A stretch of DNA of 64,000 nt from the human T2T-CHM13v2.0 reference genome, Homo sapiens, in NCBI RefSeq assembly GCF_009914755.1, contig NC_060941.1; one strand, 5' to 3'. Under the pieces are notes generated by a model, which saw only the letters and a list, made by a program, of their open reading frames with translations, was not told the DNA's origin and did no database searches. Below, in pieces: positions 1-64,000 of this stretch. Each line of letters begins with the position of its first letter. Position 1 is the stretch's first letter. Made by a program: the position numbers and the translations under genes.

Positions 1-159
1 CATAGTATTCTGAAAATATACTACCTTCGGGCTAGAGAAAAAGGAAAACTGTAAACGAATATTGAACTCTAAGTAGTAGGTCTGTTTTTCACAGCGGTAT
101 GGGTTAGCAACTCTTAAACTACATGCACTTGAGGAATGAGCAAGTCAGTCAATATATTA

Positions 160-616
<457 letters not shown>

Positions 617-736
617 TCACACCATAAAAAAAAAATCAGTTTCAGGATTGTAGATCTAAATATAAATAAAGTTTCCTGAAGATAATTTTCTAGAAAAAAA
701 TATCTTTATTACTTTGGGTAGAAAAAGATTTCCATA

Positions 737-1026
737 TTTTTTTTTGGAGACGTAGTCTTGCTCCGTCACACAGGCTGGAGTGCACAGTGCAATCTCGGCT
801 CACTGCAACCTCTGCCCGCTAGGTTCAAGCAATTCTCCTGCCTCAGCCTCCCGAGTAGCTGGGATTACAGGCGTATGCTACCACGCCCGGCTAATTTTTG
901 TCTTTTTAGTTGAGACGGGGTTTCAGCATGTTGGCCAGGCTGGTCTTGAACTCCTGACCTCAAGTGATCCACCTGCCTCGGCCTCCCAAAGTGCTGGGAT
1001 TACAGGTGTGAGCCACCGTGCCTGGC
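737..1026 (-). mobile_element. Alu (S-type)
   Basis: Antisense dimer, TSD gaaaagatttc. Confidence 0.95.
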
Positions 1027-1084
1027 TGAAAAGATTTCTTAAACAATACAAAAAGTGCTATTCACAAAAGAAAACACTGATGCA

Positions 1085-1403
<319 letters not shown>

Positions 1404-1417
1404 TTACATTAAGAACT

Positions 1418-1743
1418 GGCTGGGCACAGTGGCTCATGCCTATAATCCCAGCACTTTGGGAGGCTGAGGTAGGAGGATTACTTGAGCTCAGGAGTTTGAG
1501 ATCAGCCTGGGCCAAGATTGTGAGACCTTGTCCCTATTGAAACAATAAAAAAAAAAAAATTAGCCGGGTGTGCTGGTGCACATCTGTAGTCCCAGCTACT
1601 CAGGTGGGCTGAGGCAGAAGGATCACTTGAACTCAGGAGATTGAGGCTGCAGTGAGCCCTGATGTGCACTCCAGCCTGGGTGACAGAGTAAGATCCTGTC
1701 TCAAAAAAAAAAAAAAGAAAGAAAAAAGAAAAAAGAAAAAAAG
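1418..1743 (+). mobile_element. Alu (J-like)
   Basis: Dimer with (gaaaaaa)n tail. Confidence 0.93.
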
Positions 1744-2391
1744 AACTTCTGTTATTTAAAAGGCTCCATTAGGAAACAAGCAAGAATAAGAGATGATATC
1801 TATGACACATGTAACCAACGAAGGTCTGTCATATTCATATCATATAAAGAACTTCTATAAGTCAATAAGAAAATGACAAGACAAATCAATATAAAAATGG
1901 GCAAGAGTTTTAACAGGCACTTCATAAGATGATGGCCATAGATTCCTTATTTTGATTTTGTAATAGTCCTGAAATGGAAATCCAAATGTTCCAAATGTTC
2001 ATTAATAGTGGAATGGATAAATGATGACATCCTAATCCAACAAATGGCAGTGATACGCAACATCACAGATTTCACCATTATTGTTCACCAATAAACCAGA
2101 CACATAAAAATATACATTGTATAACTTCATCAAGTTCAAAAACAGGTAAGCCTGATCTATGATGTTAAAGGTAGGAGAAGGGAGGGGGAGGAATGAGTGG
2201 GCAGTAACTGCACAAATAGTTTAAAATAACTACTTTTGCCTACACATGACAGTCTACTGTCATACCTCTTACTACTGGCTTCAGTATCAAAAAAAGCACC
2301 TTTAGCAAAATGTTCCAGATGATTTTTGGGTGGTTCCTGAATATCCTTAGCAACTTATCCCATTTAAATCTATTTTATTTTATTAAATATT

Positions 2392-2710
2392 TTAGTATTT
2401 TATTTTATTTTATTTATTTTTTTGAGATGGAGTCTCGTTCTGTTGCCCAGGCTGGAGAGCAGTGGCACAATCTCAGCTCATGACAACCTCTGCCTTCCAG
2501 GTTCAAGTGATTCTCCTGCCTCAGCCTCCTGAGTAGGTGGGACTACAGACATGCACCATCATGCCCAGCTAATTTGTTTTTGTATTTTTTAGTAGAGATG
2601 GGGTTTCACCATGTTGGCCAGGCTGGTCTCGAACTCCTGACCTCAAGTGATCTGCCTATCTCGGCCTCCCAAAGTGCTGGGATTACAGGTATGAGCCACC
2701 GCACCCAGCC
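2392..2710 (-). mobile_element. Alu (S-type)
   Basis: Antisense dimer, TSD cccatttaa. Confidence 0.95.
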
Positions 2711-2811
2711 CCATTTAAGTCTTTAATAACATTTTCCTTATACAACATATAAGACATGCTGACATGTTGATTTGTAATCAACTGACTAAAGAAAATTTAA
2801 ATGTAACATAC

Positions 2812-51408
<48,597 letters not shown>

Positions 51409-51953
51409 CTGAAATAAAAAACAAATGATTTAAAAATTTTGCAATTTAATTCTTCTTTTTACTTTAATCATATTTGATAAATGTAATTTGATTAATTTCA
51501 GGAAAGATGCTTATGTTAAGAGAAATGTAACACTAACAAATTTCTACAATTCATATAAAAATATTTTAATAGTTGCATATAATCGTTACAAATTGGTATT
51601 TGTAAACCACCTAGAACAGTACCTGGAACATGGCAAGTACTACAAAGTGCTGTATAATTATGTATTCATTAAATACAGATAAAAATCATGTTAAACTGTT
51701 AACTTTTTTACTTAAACAAAACTGGAGAGTCGGTGTAAAATTATCAAAATAATAGCAAAGATAATGTCCAGAAAACAGAGCTGGTCAATATGGCCACCTC
51801 AAAAATCTCAGTTCAGTCCTGGTTATAACACGTCAAAAACACACCAATAGTAGAGCATGTCAATAGTAATACAGGATGGCAGGATTTCTAATTATGCCAT
51901 AATCGTTTATACATTCTGACTTTTTAGAACTACAATTTAAAATAACATTTTAA

Positions 51954-52554
<601 letters not shown>

Positions 52555-52967
52555 GACCAAATGCTTCTAAATTTACACATGCTATATAAATAATACAGTG
52601 CCTTAGAAAGCAGGATTTATTTGACTTTATATTACAGGCATTTAACAGCTCAGTTGATGAGAACATGGGTTTCATAAAGAAAACAAGGTCACTCTCCAAA
52701 TGGGCCAGTTTACTTGGTGCATGGAAAACATAATAAAACCTCAGCACACTCCTGGGCATAAATCACTAGTCACAATGGAGGTCAGGTCGAATTAGGTAAA
52801 TATATTAATCCAAATCCATAATGACTGCTTCAAAAAATCTGTAACTCCTGGAGGGGAGAGGGGACAGGGACCACCACATGCTCACGAAGGAAAGGCAGAA
52901 ATGTTATCTTCATGTAATAGTTAGACATTTATGTTAACATTAAAACCTTCAGCAAGAAAGATTTGTT

Positions 52968-53147
52968 ATTTTTATTTATTTATTTATTTATTTTTTAATG
53001 GTCTTACTCTGTCATCCAGGCTGCAGTATAGTGGCACAATTATAGCTCAATGCAGCACTGCAGTCTCAAACTCCTGGGCTCAAGTGATCTTCCTGCCTCA
53101 GACTCTCTGAGTGCTGGGGTTACAGGCGTGAGCCACTGCGTTCAGCC
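52968..53147 (-). mobile_element. Internally deleted Alu
   Basis: Antisense. Confidence 0.85.
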
Positions 53148-53492
53148 TATATTTGCTATCCTTATAGAGGACTCTGTTTTCTGCTATAGAAAAGTAAGAG
53201 CTTCTGGGAATGCATGCTGTAAAATTCACTACTATTAACTGCTGTCTTATTTACTTGACAACCAAAACAGAATAACTCAGGGAAAGTAAAGCTGAGAACT
53301 TACGACCACATTCTTATAACATGGGCTTAACAAGGTGATAAATTTCTGATTTGCGACACAACAGTTACCAAAATAAATACAAACATACACTCCAAAAACA
53401 CTAAGACAACAATCTTAGCTTCTTACCAAAATGACTGACTTTTCATTATCAAACTTAAGGCTTAGAATTTCTTTTTAAAAAAAGAATAAACA

Positions 53493-53790
53493 GGCTGGGC
53501 ATGGTGGCTCACGCCTGTAATCCCAGCACTTTGGGAGGCCAAGGGGGGGTGGATCAGCTGAGGTCAACAGTTCAAGACCAGACTGGCCAACATGGAGAAA
53601 TCCTGTCTCTACTAAAAATATAAAAATTAAACAGGCCATGGTGGCAGGCACCTGTAATCCCAGCTACTCGGGAGGCTGGGAGAGAATCGCTTGAACTCGT
53701 AAGACAGGTTGCAAGGAGCCAAGATCGCGCCACTGCACTCCAGCCTGGGTGATGGAGCAAAACTCTGTCTCAAAAAAAACAAAAAAAGAA
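53493..53790 (+). mobile_element. Alu
   Basis: Dimer, TSD aaaaaaagaataaaca. Confidence 0.93.
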
Positions 53791-53928
53791 TAAACAAAAA
53801 CAAGTTATACAACTACTTTGCCTAAAAACAAAATTTTATGTTATCTTACAATTCACTGCATTCCTTTAATGACTGAAACTGGTGTATCCTACTAAATGAG
53901 AGTCTATATTTGATATTTGGCTGTTTAA

Positions 53929-54216
<288 letters not shown>

Positions 54217-54312
54217 TTTCTCTAGTTAAAATGCGCTCACATTTAAATTGACGGGAAAGGGTAATTTGTTTCAACTCATCCTTACCAAGTTTATCTAAAA
54301 AATGCAAAGTAA

Positions 54313-54606
54313 TTTTTTTTTTTTTGAGACAGAGTTTTGCTCTTGTTGCCCAGGCTGGAGTACAGTGGCGTGACTGACTCACTGCAACCTCCACCTCTCA
54401 GGTTCAAGTGATTCCCTTGCTTCAGCCTCTGGAGTAGCTGGGATTACAGGCGCCCGCCACCACGCCCAGCTAATTTTTGTATTTTTAGTAGAGATGGGGT
54501 TTCACCATGTTGGCCAGGCTGGTCTTGAACTCCTGACCTCAGGTGATCCGCCTGCCTTAGCCTCCCAATGTGCTGGGATTATAGGTGTCTGCCACCGTGC
54601 CCGGCC
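54313..54606 (-). mobile_element. Alu (Sq-like)
   Basis: Antisense dimer. Confidence 0.94.
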
Positions 54607-54679
54607 TGAAATTAAGACATTTTATGAATTAAAGGGGTTTTTGGATACCAATCCAGAAAAAAAATAACTTCTAATCTTT

Positions 54680-54870
54680 TATGTGTCAGGCACTGTTGTC
54701 AGTGCTTTTCATAAATTATTCATTTTATCCTTTTACAGATGAGGAAACTGAGTCATATACAGTTAAATAACCTTCTCAAAATCATATAATTAGGATGGGC
54801 AAAGCAGGAATCTTACCCAGGCAGTCTGTCCCTACATCCATGTTCTTAACAACTTACCCTATATTGCCTC
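54680..54870 (-). mobile_element. MIR
   Basis: ttttacagatgaggaaactgagtcatatacagttaaataacc. Confidence 0.8.
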
Positions 54871-55529
54871 TTGAAGATAATATAAAAGGAAATTTTTAAA
54901 AGTATTAAATGGACAATTTAAAATATTTTTATAGAAATGATGGAAGATTTAAAGGTTAATCCCCTCATAGATTCAAACATCTTATGAAACAGAGCTTAGA
55001 AGAGAGGAAACTGATACTTTTTGTTCCAGTAATGATTCTCATATAAGATTTTTAAAACTTATTTTAGTTTATATTATGTACCCGTAGCATAATGAAGCTA
55101 TTAAAGGGCTATATCAACCACTTTCAGCTGTTCCTACCTTAAACAAAAGGGAAAACAAGCTTATTTCTAGAAGTAGGCAAATTATCACCCACCAGATATA
55201 AAAACAGATAATAAAATACAATTAAAACAGTATTATACAGTTATGAAGATAGATCAACCAACAGAACAAAATGCAAAGTTCAAAAACAGACCTTAGTGTA
55301 TATAAATATCAACGTATGACAAAAGAAGCATTTTAAGATCACTGAGGAAAGAAAAAAATTACTTAATAAAGAGTGCATAAAAATGGGTAAACAAAGATGC
55401 CTACCTGATAAAATGTAACAAAAAGGAATTCCAGATTTATCAAAGTTTTAAATGGTAAAAAATTATATCATAGCAGTATTAAAAGCTACCTGCTAACATT
55501 GCTTTCCTAAGCATCACATCACATAAAAT

Positions 55530-55747
55530 TCAAGATCAGCCTGGCCAACATGGCGAAACCCTGACTATACCAAAAATATAAAAATCAGCCCGGCATGGCT
55601 GCGTGTCCCAGGTACTTGGGAAGCTGAGGCATAAGAATTGCACAAAGTCAGGAGGCGGAGGTTGCAATAAGCTGATATTGCGCACTGCACTCCAGCCTGG
55701 GTGACACTGAGACTCTTGTCTCAAAAACAACCAACCAACCAAAAAAC
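55530..55747 (+). mobile_element. 5'-truncated Alu
   Basis: caagatcagcctggccaacatggcgaaacc. Confidence 0.88.
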
Positions 55748-56228
55748 ACCTATGTTCTAAGAAAAACTGAAGGCACATAATTGCATGCACACACTCACAC
55801 ATACCAATGAAACCTGTGCATCTCATTCATGTTTGGAACTTTCTCAGAGAGTCTTTAAATAGCCAAAACTTCAGAAATGAAAAGGGGTTGTTATCAAGGA
55901 AAAATGGCCATGTTATATGAAGTGAACAAGTTCCTGAAACGTGTAATAAAATTCCACTTTTGCTTCTAAATTGTATATCTACATTATATATGCATCCATA
56001 TAAAAATCTGAAATAATACAATGCTTATATATATGGTATAGGATTAATATCTCAAATATTTCACCTAGATTACTGTAAAGGTTTGATAGAATTAGTCCCT
56101 CCATTACCACTCTTGTCTCCCTCAAAATTACGGTCCACACAGTAACCAGAATAATCTTGTAAAAAAGTAACTCATATCATGCCATTCTCTTGTTTAAAAC
56201 CTTTATTTAAATGGCACCCCCAATGTAG

Positions 56229-56535
<307 letters not shown>

Positions 56536-56597
56536 CATAATCCAAAATCTTTATTAATGTTACCTCTGAGATCCTAAAAGCCACCTGACCCCTGCGG

Positions 56598-56903
56598 TTT
56601 TTTTTTTTTTTTTTTTTTTTTTTTGAGATGGAGTTTCACTCTTGTTGCCCAGGCTAGAGTGTAGTGGTGCCACTTGGGATCACTACCTCTGCCTCCCGGG
56701 TTCAAGCAATTCTCATGCCTCAGTCTCTTGAGTAGCTGGGATTACAGGCGCCCGCCACCATGCCCAGCTAATTTCTGTATTTTTAGCAGAGATGGGGCTT
56801 CACCATGTTGGCCAGGCTGTTCTCGAACTCCTGACCTAGGTGATCCACCTGCCTCGGCCTCCCAAAGTGCTGGGATTACAGGTGTGAGCCACCATGCCTG
56901 GCC
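56598..56903 (-). mobile_element. Alu (S-type)
   Basis: Antisense dimer, long T run. Confidence 0.94.
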
Positions 56904-57214
56904 TTTCTTTTTTTTTTCTCCCTGGGAGACAGTCTGGCCTCTGTCTCACAAGCTGGAGGGCAGTGGCATGATCATGACTCACTGGAGCCTCAATCTCCTT
57001 CCTGGGCTCAAGCAATGCACCCACCTCAGCCCCAGATAGTAGCTGGTACTACAGGCATGCACAACCATGCCTGGCTAATTTTTCCATTTTTTCTGTAGAG
57101 ATGGGGTCACACTATGTTGCCTAGCCTGGTGTACAAACTCTTGGGCTCAAGTGATACTCCCACCTAGGCCTCCCAAAGTGCTGGGATTACCGGCCTGAGC
57201 CACTGCCCCTGGCC
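56904..57214 (-). mobile_element. Alu (J-like)
   Basis: Antisense dimer directly adjacent to the previous copy. Confidence 0.92.
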
Positions 57215-57578
57215 TTGACGCCTGCCTATATTTCTGACCTCATCGTTTACTATTGTTTCTCCCTGTCTCCTACACTCCTGCCACCTTAGCTTTCTTTTGG
57301 CTCATAACTTTTGCACACATATGCTACTACCTCTACATGAAGCACTGGTAACATGATTCTTTGCCTGGTTAGTTTATAACTCATCCAAATCCTCTCAACT
57401 ACACTATGTCACTTCCTCACAGAGCTCTTCCCCTGACTCAGCAATCTAAATTCTATGTCCTGTTAAACTTTCTCATGACACACTGTTTTTTTTACCTCCA
57501 CAGTAGCATTAAGACATGCATGCATTCACTTAAACAGTCATTTGTTAAATATATTATTCCATCACACTCTACATTCTA

Positions 57579-58442
<864 letters not shown>

Positions 58443-58705
58443 CCCTTAAATATTTTCTAAATGAATAACCCAAATTGGTACTTAATTACTTTGGATGGAA
58501 CTCAGAACCTCAGAAGACACAAAAAAATTCAAGACACAGTCTCTACTCTGGAGTTTATAATTAGGGAATCAATTATTTAGTATTGTTATTATATTACATC
58601 CTTATTTACTGAAATTATCGAGATTAACCCGGTTGGTAAATTTGATACTTTGGGAAAAACCTCACTTTCACACAGTTGACTACTGCCTCTCCAATCAGAC
58701 TATAA

Positions 58706-59082
<377 letters not shown>

Positions 59083-59530
59083 CTGTTCTCTGATTTCAAA
59101 AAATTTAGAATCTTTCAGAACAGAAAAATAATGTTCACAGATTATATGATGAAGGTAGGCAAACTGCTTTAAGAATACAGATAAAATATCCACTCCAAGA
59201 ACTTCAGATGCAGAGGAATTGCTAGTAACACTTCTAGCAATATGGCACATAGCACTGACAAAGATGCTAACCTTTCAACCCTTTTTCGGACACAGAAAGG
59301 CTGGATATATATTTAAAAAAAATCACAAAATAACTTTTGGATAAATAGCTAAATTGAAACCAAGCATAGAAACTCCACAGTTGCCAAAAATTAAGAAAAC
59401 ACAAACTTGAAAGCAGCTAGGAAAGAAGGAAAACAGAGTAGTTTATACCTCTGAATGGTTTCAAGCTAGAGTATCAAAGACCAGAAAGGAGCTGAGGCAG
59501 CATATCCTGTAAGCAAAGAGACCTGGAGAT

Positions 59531-59574
59531 TAACTACCTGCCTAAAGAAGTCTAACTACCTGCCTAAAGAAGTC
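59531..59574. repeat. Perfect 22-bp tandem duplication
   Basis: taactacctgcctaaagaagtc x2. Confidence 0.95.
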
Positions 59575-59972
59575 TAGAACATCTCCTCTAGCTTTAGCAG
59601 TCTCCTATGAAAAACTGAAACCTCCAGTCCAGGACACACATGGGTACCTAGTCCAAATTGATACTACCTAGATGATTTACAGACCCCAAACTCAGAATCT
59701 GGCATTAAAAACTAGCCTGAAACCAGTGAAACCCATGAAGTCCCCAGACAGACAAATGCAAAAACACCCAGGTGTTTCTGAGGGGAGATGAAAATGCTGT
59801 ATATACTGATCAGCAAAATCTAGACTTCAGGAAACTCTTTAAAGTCTACAGGACAAACGAATGTGTTTCTTAACAAGTAAATTGCAAAGAAAATAAAACA
59901 GAAGGAAAGGTAAACTATAGATCAAGAGAGACTCAAGAGGTGTATCAAGAAAATGCTAACATGTGGAACTTA

Positions 59973-60313
<341 letters not shown>

Positions 60314-60441
60314 CATGTTTGAAACAACTGAAAATTTGAACAGTGACTGTACATTTAAGAACATTAAGGAATTACTGTTCATTTTCCTCAGGTGTTATAA
60401 TAGTGTGGTAGTTACTAAAATATTTCTAGATGAAATTACCT

Positions 60442-60745
<304 letters not shown>

Positions 60746-61042
60746 GAAATCATCTGATGTCTAGATTTGCTTCCAAATATCACATGAAAGGGGAAAGTGA
60801 ATGGGAGAACAGATTCAGTAACAAGACTGGCCAGAATCGATAATTGTTAAAGCTAGGTGATAGACATAGGAATTCATTATTCTATTCTATTTCTGTATGT
60901 ATTTAACTTTTTAAAAAAGGAAGTCTTGTAAATGTATCCTTTACCTCTAACATAAAAGAATATGTTTCATTTAACAAACATGAGTTATCGTCACTTACAT
61001 GATTCATTTATTATTATGCTCTGATCTCAAAACTCATCTGAA

Positions 61043-61650
<608 letters not shown>

Positions 61651-62226
61651 TCATCTGAAATGTACTCTGAAAAACATTATATTAGAATATTGATATTCCT
61701 TTTCTTTGTACTTTATACCTTACATTTAATGTCCTTTATCTGTTGCTTCATTAAAGTGTCATTTCAGATAATATTCAAATAAAAGGGCAACCCTTTACTA
61801 AAACTTAAATATGCTGTCCATTTATGATGATGATGTCACTAGGTCAATCATCCATGAAACAAGAAATTAAGAGTTTTCCCCCCCAATGGTTAAAAGAATG
61901 AACTTATGTGTATTTACCCAGATGCTCCAACTCTATACCTCACTTTATAGGTCAATGGCATAATTTTCAAGATAGTATGATTTTGTTAGTGGTAGGAGAT
62001 GTTACCACAGCACAAATGGAAGTTCAAAACAAAAATCTAGTTAGATGTAAGGCCTAGTCAGTGATAACCAGTCATACATAACACAATATATACCAGCAAT
62101 CTCTATATTTGGGATAAGTCTCTCAGCTTCTCTTCTTGAAGTTTCACTACCAATATGTGGTGAAAATCGGAAGTGTTTCCATGAGACAAAAGGATAGGGC
62201 AGTATAGCTATAAGAAAACACTTTCT

Positions 62227-62535
62227 GCCGGGCGCGGTGGCTCACGCCTGTAATCCCAGCACTCTGGGAAGCCGAGGTGGGTGGATCATGAGGTCAGGAG
62301 ATCGAGACCATCCTGGCCAACATGGTGAAACCCCGTCTCTACTAAAAATACAAAAATTAGCTGGGCGTGGTGTTGTGTGCCTGTAATCCTAGCTACTCAG
62401 CAGACTGAGGCAGGAGAAACACTTGAACTCGGAAGGCAGAGGTTGCGGTGAGCCGAGATCGCATCACTGTATTCCAGCCTGGCGACAGAGCAAGACTCCA
62501 TTGAAAAAAAAAAAAAAGAAAAAGAAAAAAGAAAA
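62227..62535 (+). mobile_element. Alu (Sc-like)
   Basis: Dimer, TSD aagaaaacactt. Confidence 0.95.
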
Positions 62536-62970
62536 CACTTCCTGTCTCTATAAGAAAACTCATTCTGTATTCTAGATAACCAACTGTAAAACACTTGTTT
62601 CCTCTGATTTCAGCATTTATGTTTTTAAAAACATTAGAAAATGCAGGGAATTTCAAAAATAATTGCTGATTTTTACCATCCATCTACAGAGGAAAATCAC
62701 TGTCAACATAATGGCACACTTCTTTCCAGTTCTCCTTTTCTTATTGATTTGCAAGAGTTTTGAATATGCTTAATAAACTTTAATCCTCTATTATATAAAG
62801 ATATATTTTTTCCCACTACACATTTTTAAAATTTTTAACGGTTCTAAGAACTGTTCTGGGGATTCTGATTAAGTTCACACTGAATATATAGATTCTGGGA
62901 AAAGTTACATCTTTGAAACCCCAAATCTTCCAATCTAGGAACAAAATATTGGCTCTTCTACATTTATTGA

Positions 62971-63286
<316 letters not shown>

Positions 63287-63475
63287 GAGGTGTTTTATTA
63301 TTTTGAGTCAGATATAATCCTTCCTATATTGCATATAGAAAAATTGAATTTTTAATTATAAACGTGTAATCAGCCCCTTTACTGAATTATCTTACTGCTA
63401 TAGTTTTTCAGTTGACTTTGCTGGCTTTTTACTTATTTTAACAGTACTGGTTAGCACCTCAAGAATGTTGAATAG

Positions 63476-63804
63476 GGCTGGGTGCGGTGGCTCACACCTG
63501 TAATCCCAACACTTTGGGAGGCTGAGGCGGGAGGATCACGAGGTCAGAAGTTCAAGACCAGACTGGCCAACATAGTGAAACCCCGTCTCTACTAAAAATA
63601 CAAAAAATAGTCGGGTGTGATGGCACGCACCTGTAGTCCCAGCTACTCAGGAGGCTGAGGCAGGAAAATAATTTGAACTCAGGAGGCGGAGGTTGCAGTG
63701 AGCCGAGACTGCACCATTACACTCCAGCCTAGGCAACAGAGTGAGACTCCATCTAAAAAAAAAAAAAAAAAAAAAAGGAAAGGAAAAGAAACGACAAAAA
63801 AAAA
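63476..63804 (+). mobile_element. Alu (Sg-like)
   Basis: Dimer, TSD aagaatg(t/c)tgaata. Confidence 0.94.
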
Positions 63805-64000
63805 GAATGCTGAATATCTAGTATACAGTTTCAGAAATAAGTCTGAAAGTCTTCACTTAAAAAAAAAATTTTTCTTTTCCTTTTTTTTTTTTTTTTTGAC
63901 CCTGGGAGCCTATTCAAAAGGGAACGCTACATGGTCGCATCTTGGCGTGAGACAGCGCTATTCCGTGGGTGCTATAACAGGTTCCAGCAGTACTTGGGTG

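Noticed and set aside
53290-53400. Strong-looking minus-strand donor (C|GTAAGT near 53302) as a cryptic exon in intron 1
   Set aside because: I could not find a convincing paired acceptor, and such hexamers are common
63899-64000. 7SL, 7SK, Y, vault or U-snRNA pseudogene at the right edge
   Set aside because: The reverse complement matches none of these RNA 3' ends as I recall them

Overview
Primate (human or great-ape-like) genomic DNA lying wholly within APPBP2 (PAT1; TPR-repeat substrate receptor of the CUL2-Elongin B/C ligase) on the minus strand. Eleven internal coding exons (2-12 by recalled gene structure, 1366 nt in total) were placed by hand with GT-AG boundaries and consistent phases. 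Exon 1 lies beyond the right edge and the last exon beyond the left edge. The rest is intron, very rich in repeats: about 74 Alu/FLAM copies or fragments, a 5'-truncated ~5.9 kb L1PA6-like element in the gene's sense orientation, a full two-LTR THE1C-like MaLR nested in an AluJ, and old L1M, L2, MIR, MER3, MER58, Tigger4, LTR33 and MLT fragments. Nearly all ORFs in the supplied track come from Alu, L1 or THE1 and are not genes. I found no convincing novel biological system. The best leads are: a U12-type 5' splice site on an intron with a U2-type 3' end; a 78-nt intron with a tandem donor and two ATATCCT motifs; nested or repeated-target TE insertions; and a final 100 nt that do not look like native human intronic sequence. 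Repeat subfamily calls rest on recalled consensus sequences and repeat boundaries are approximate.
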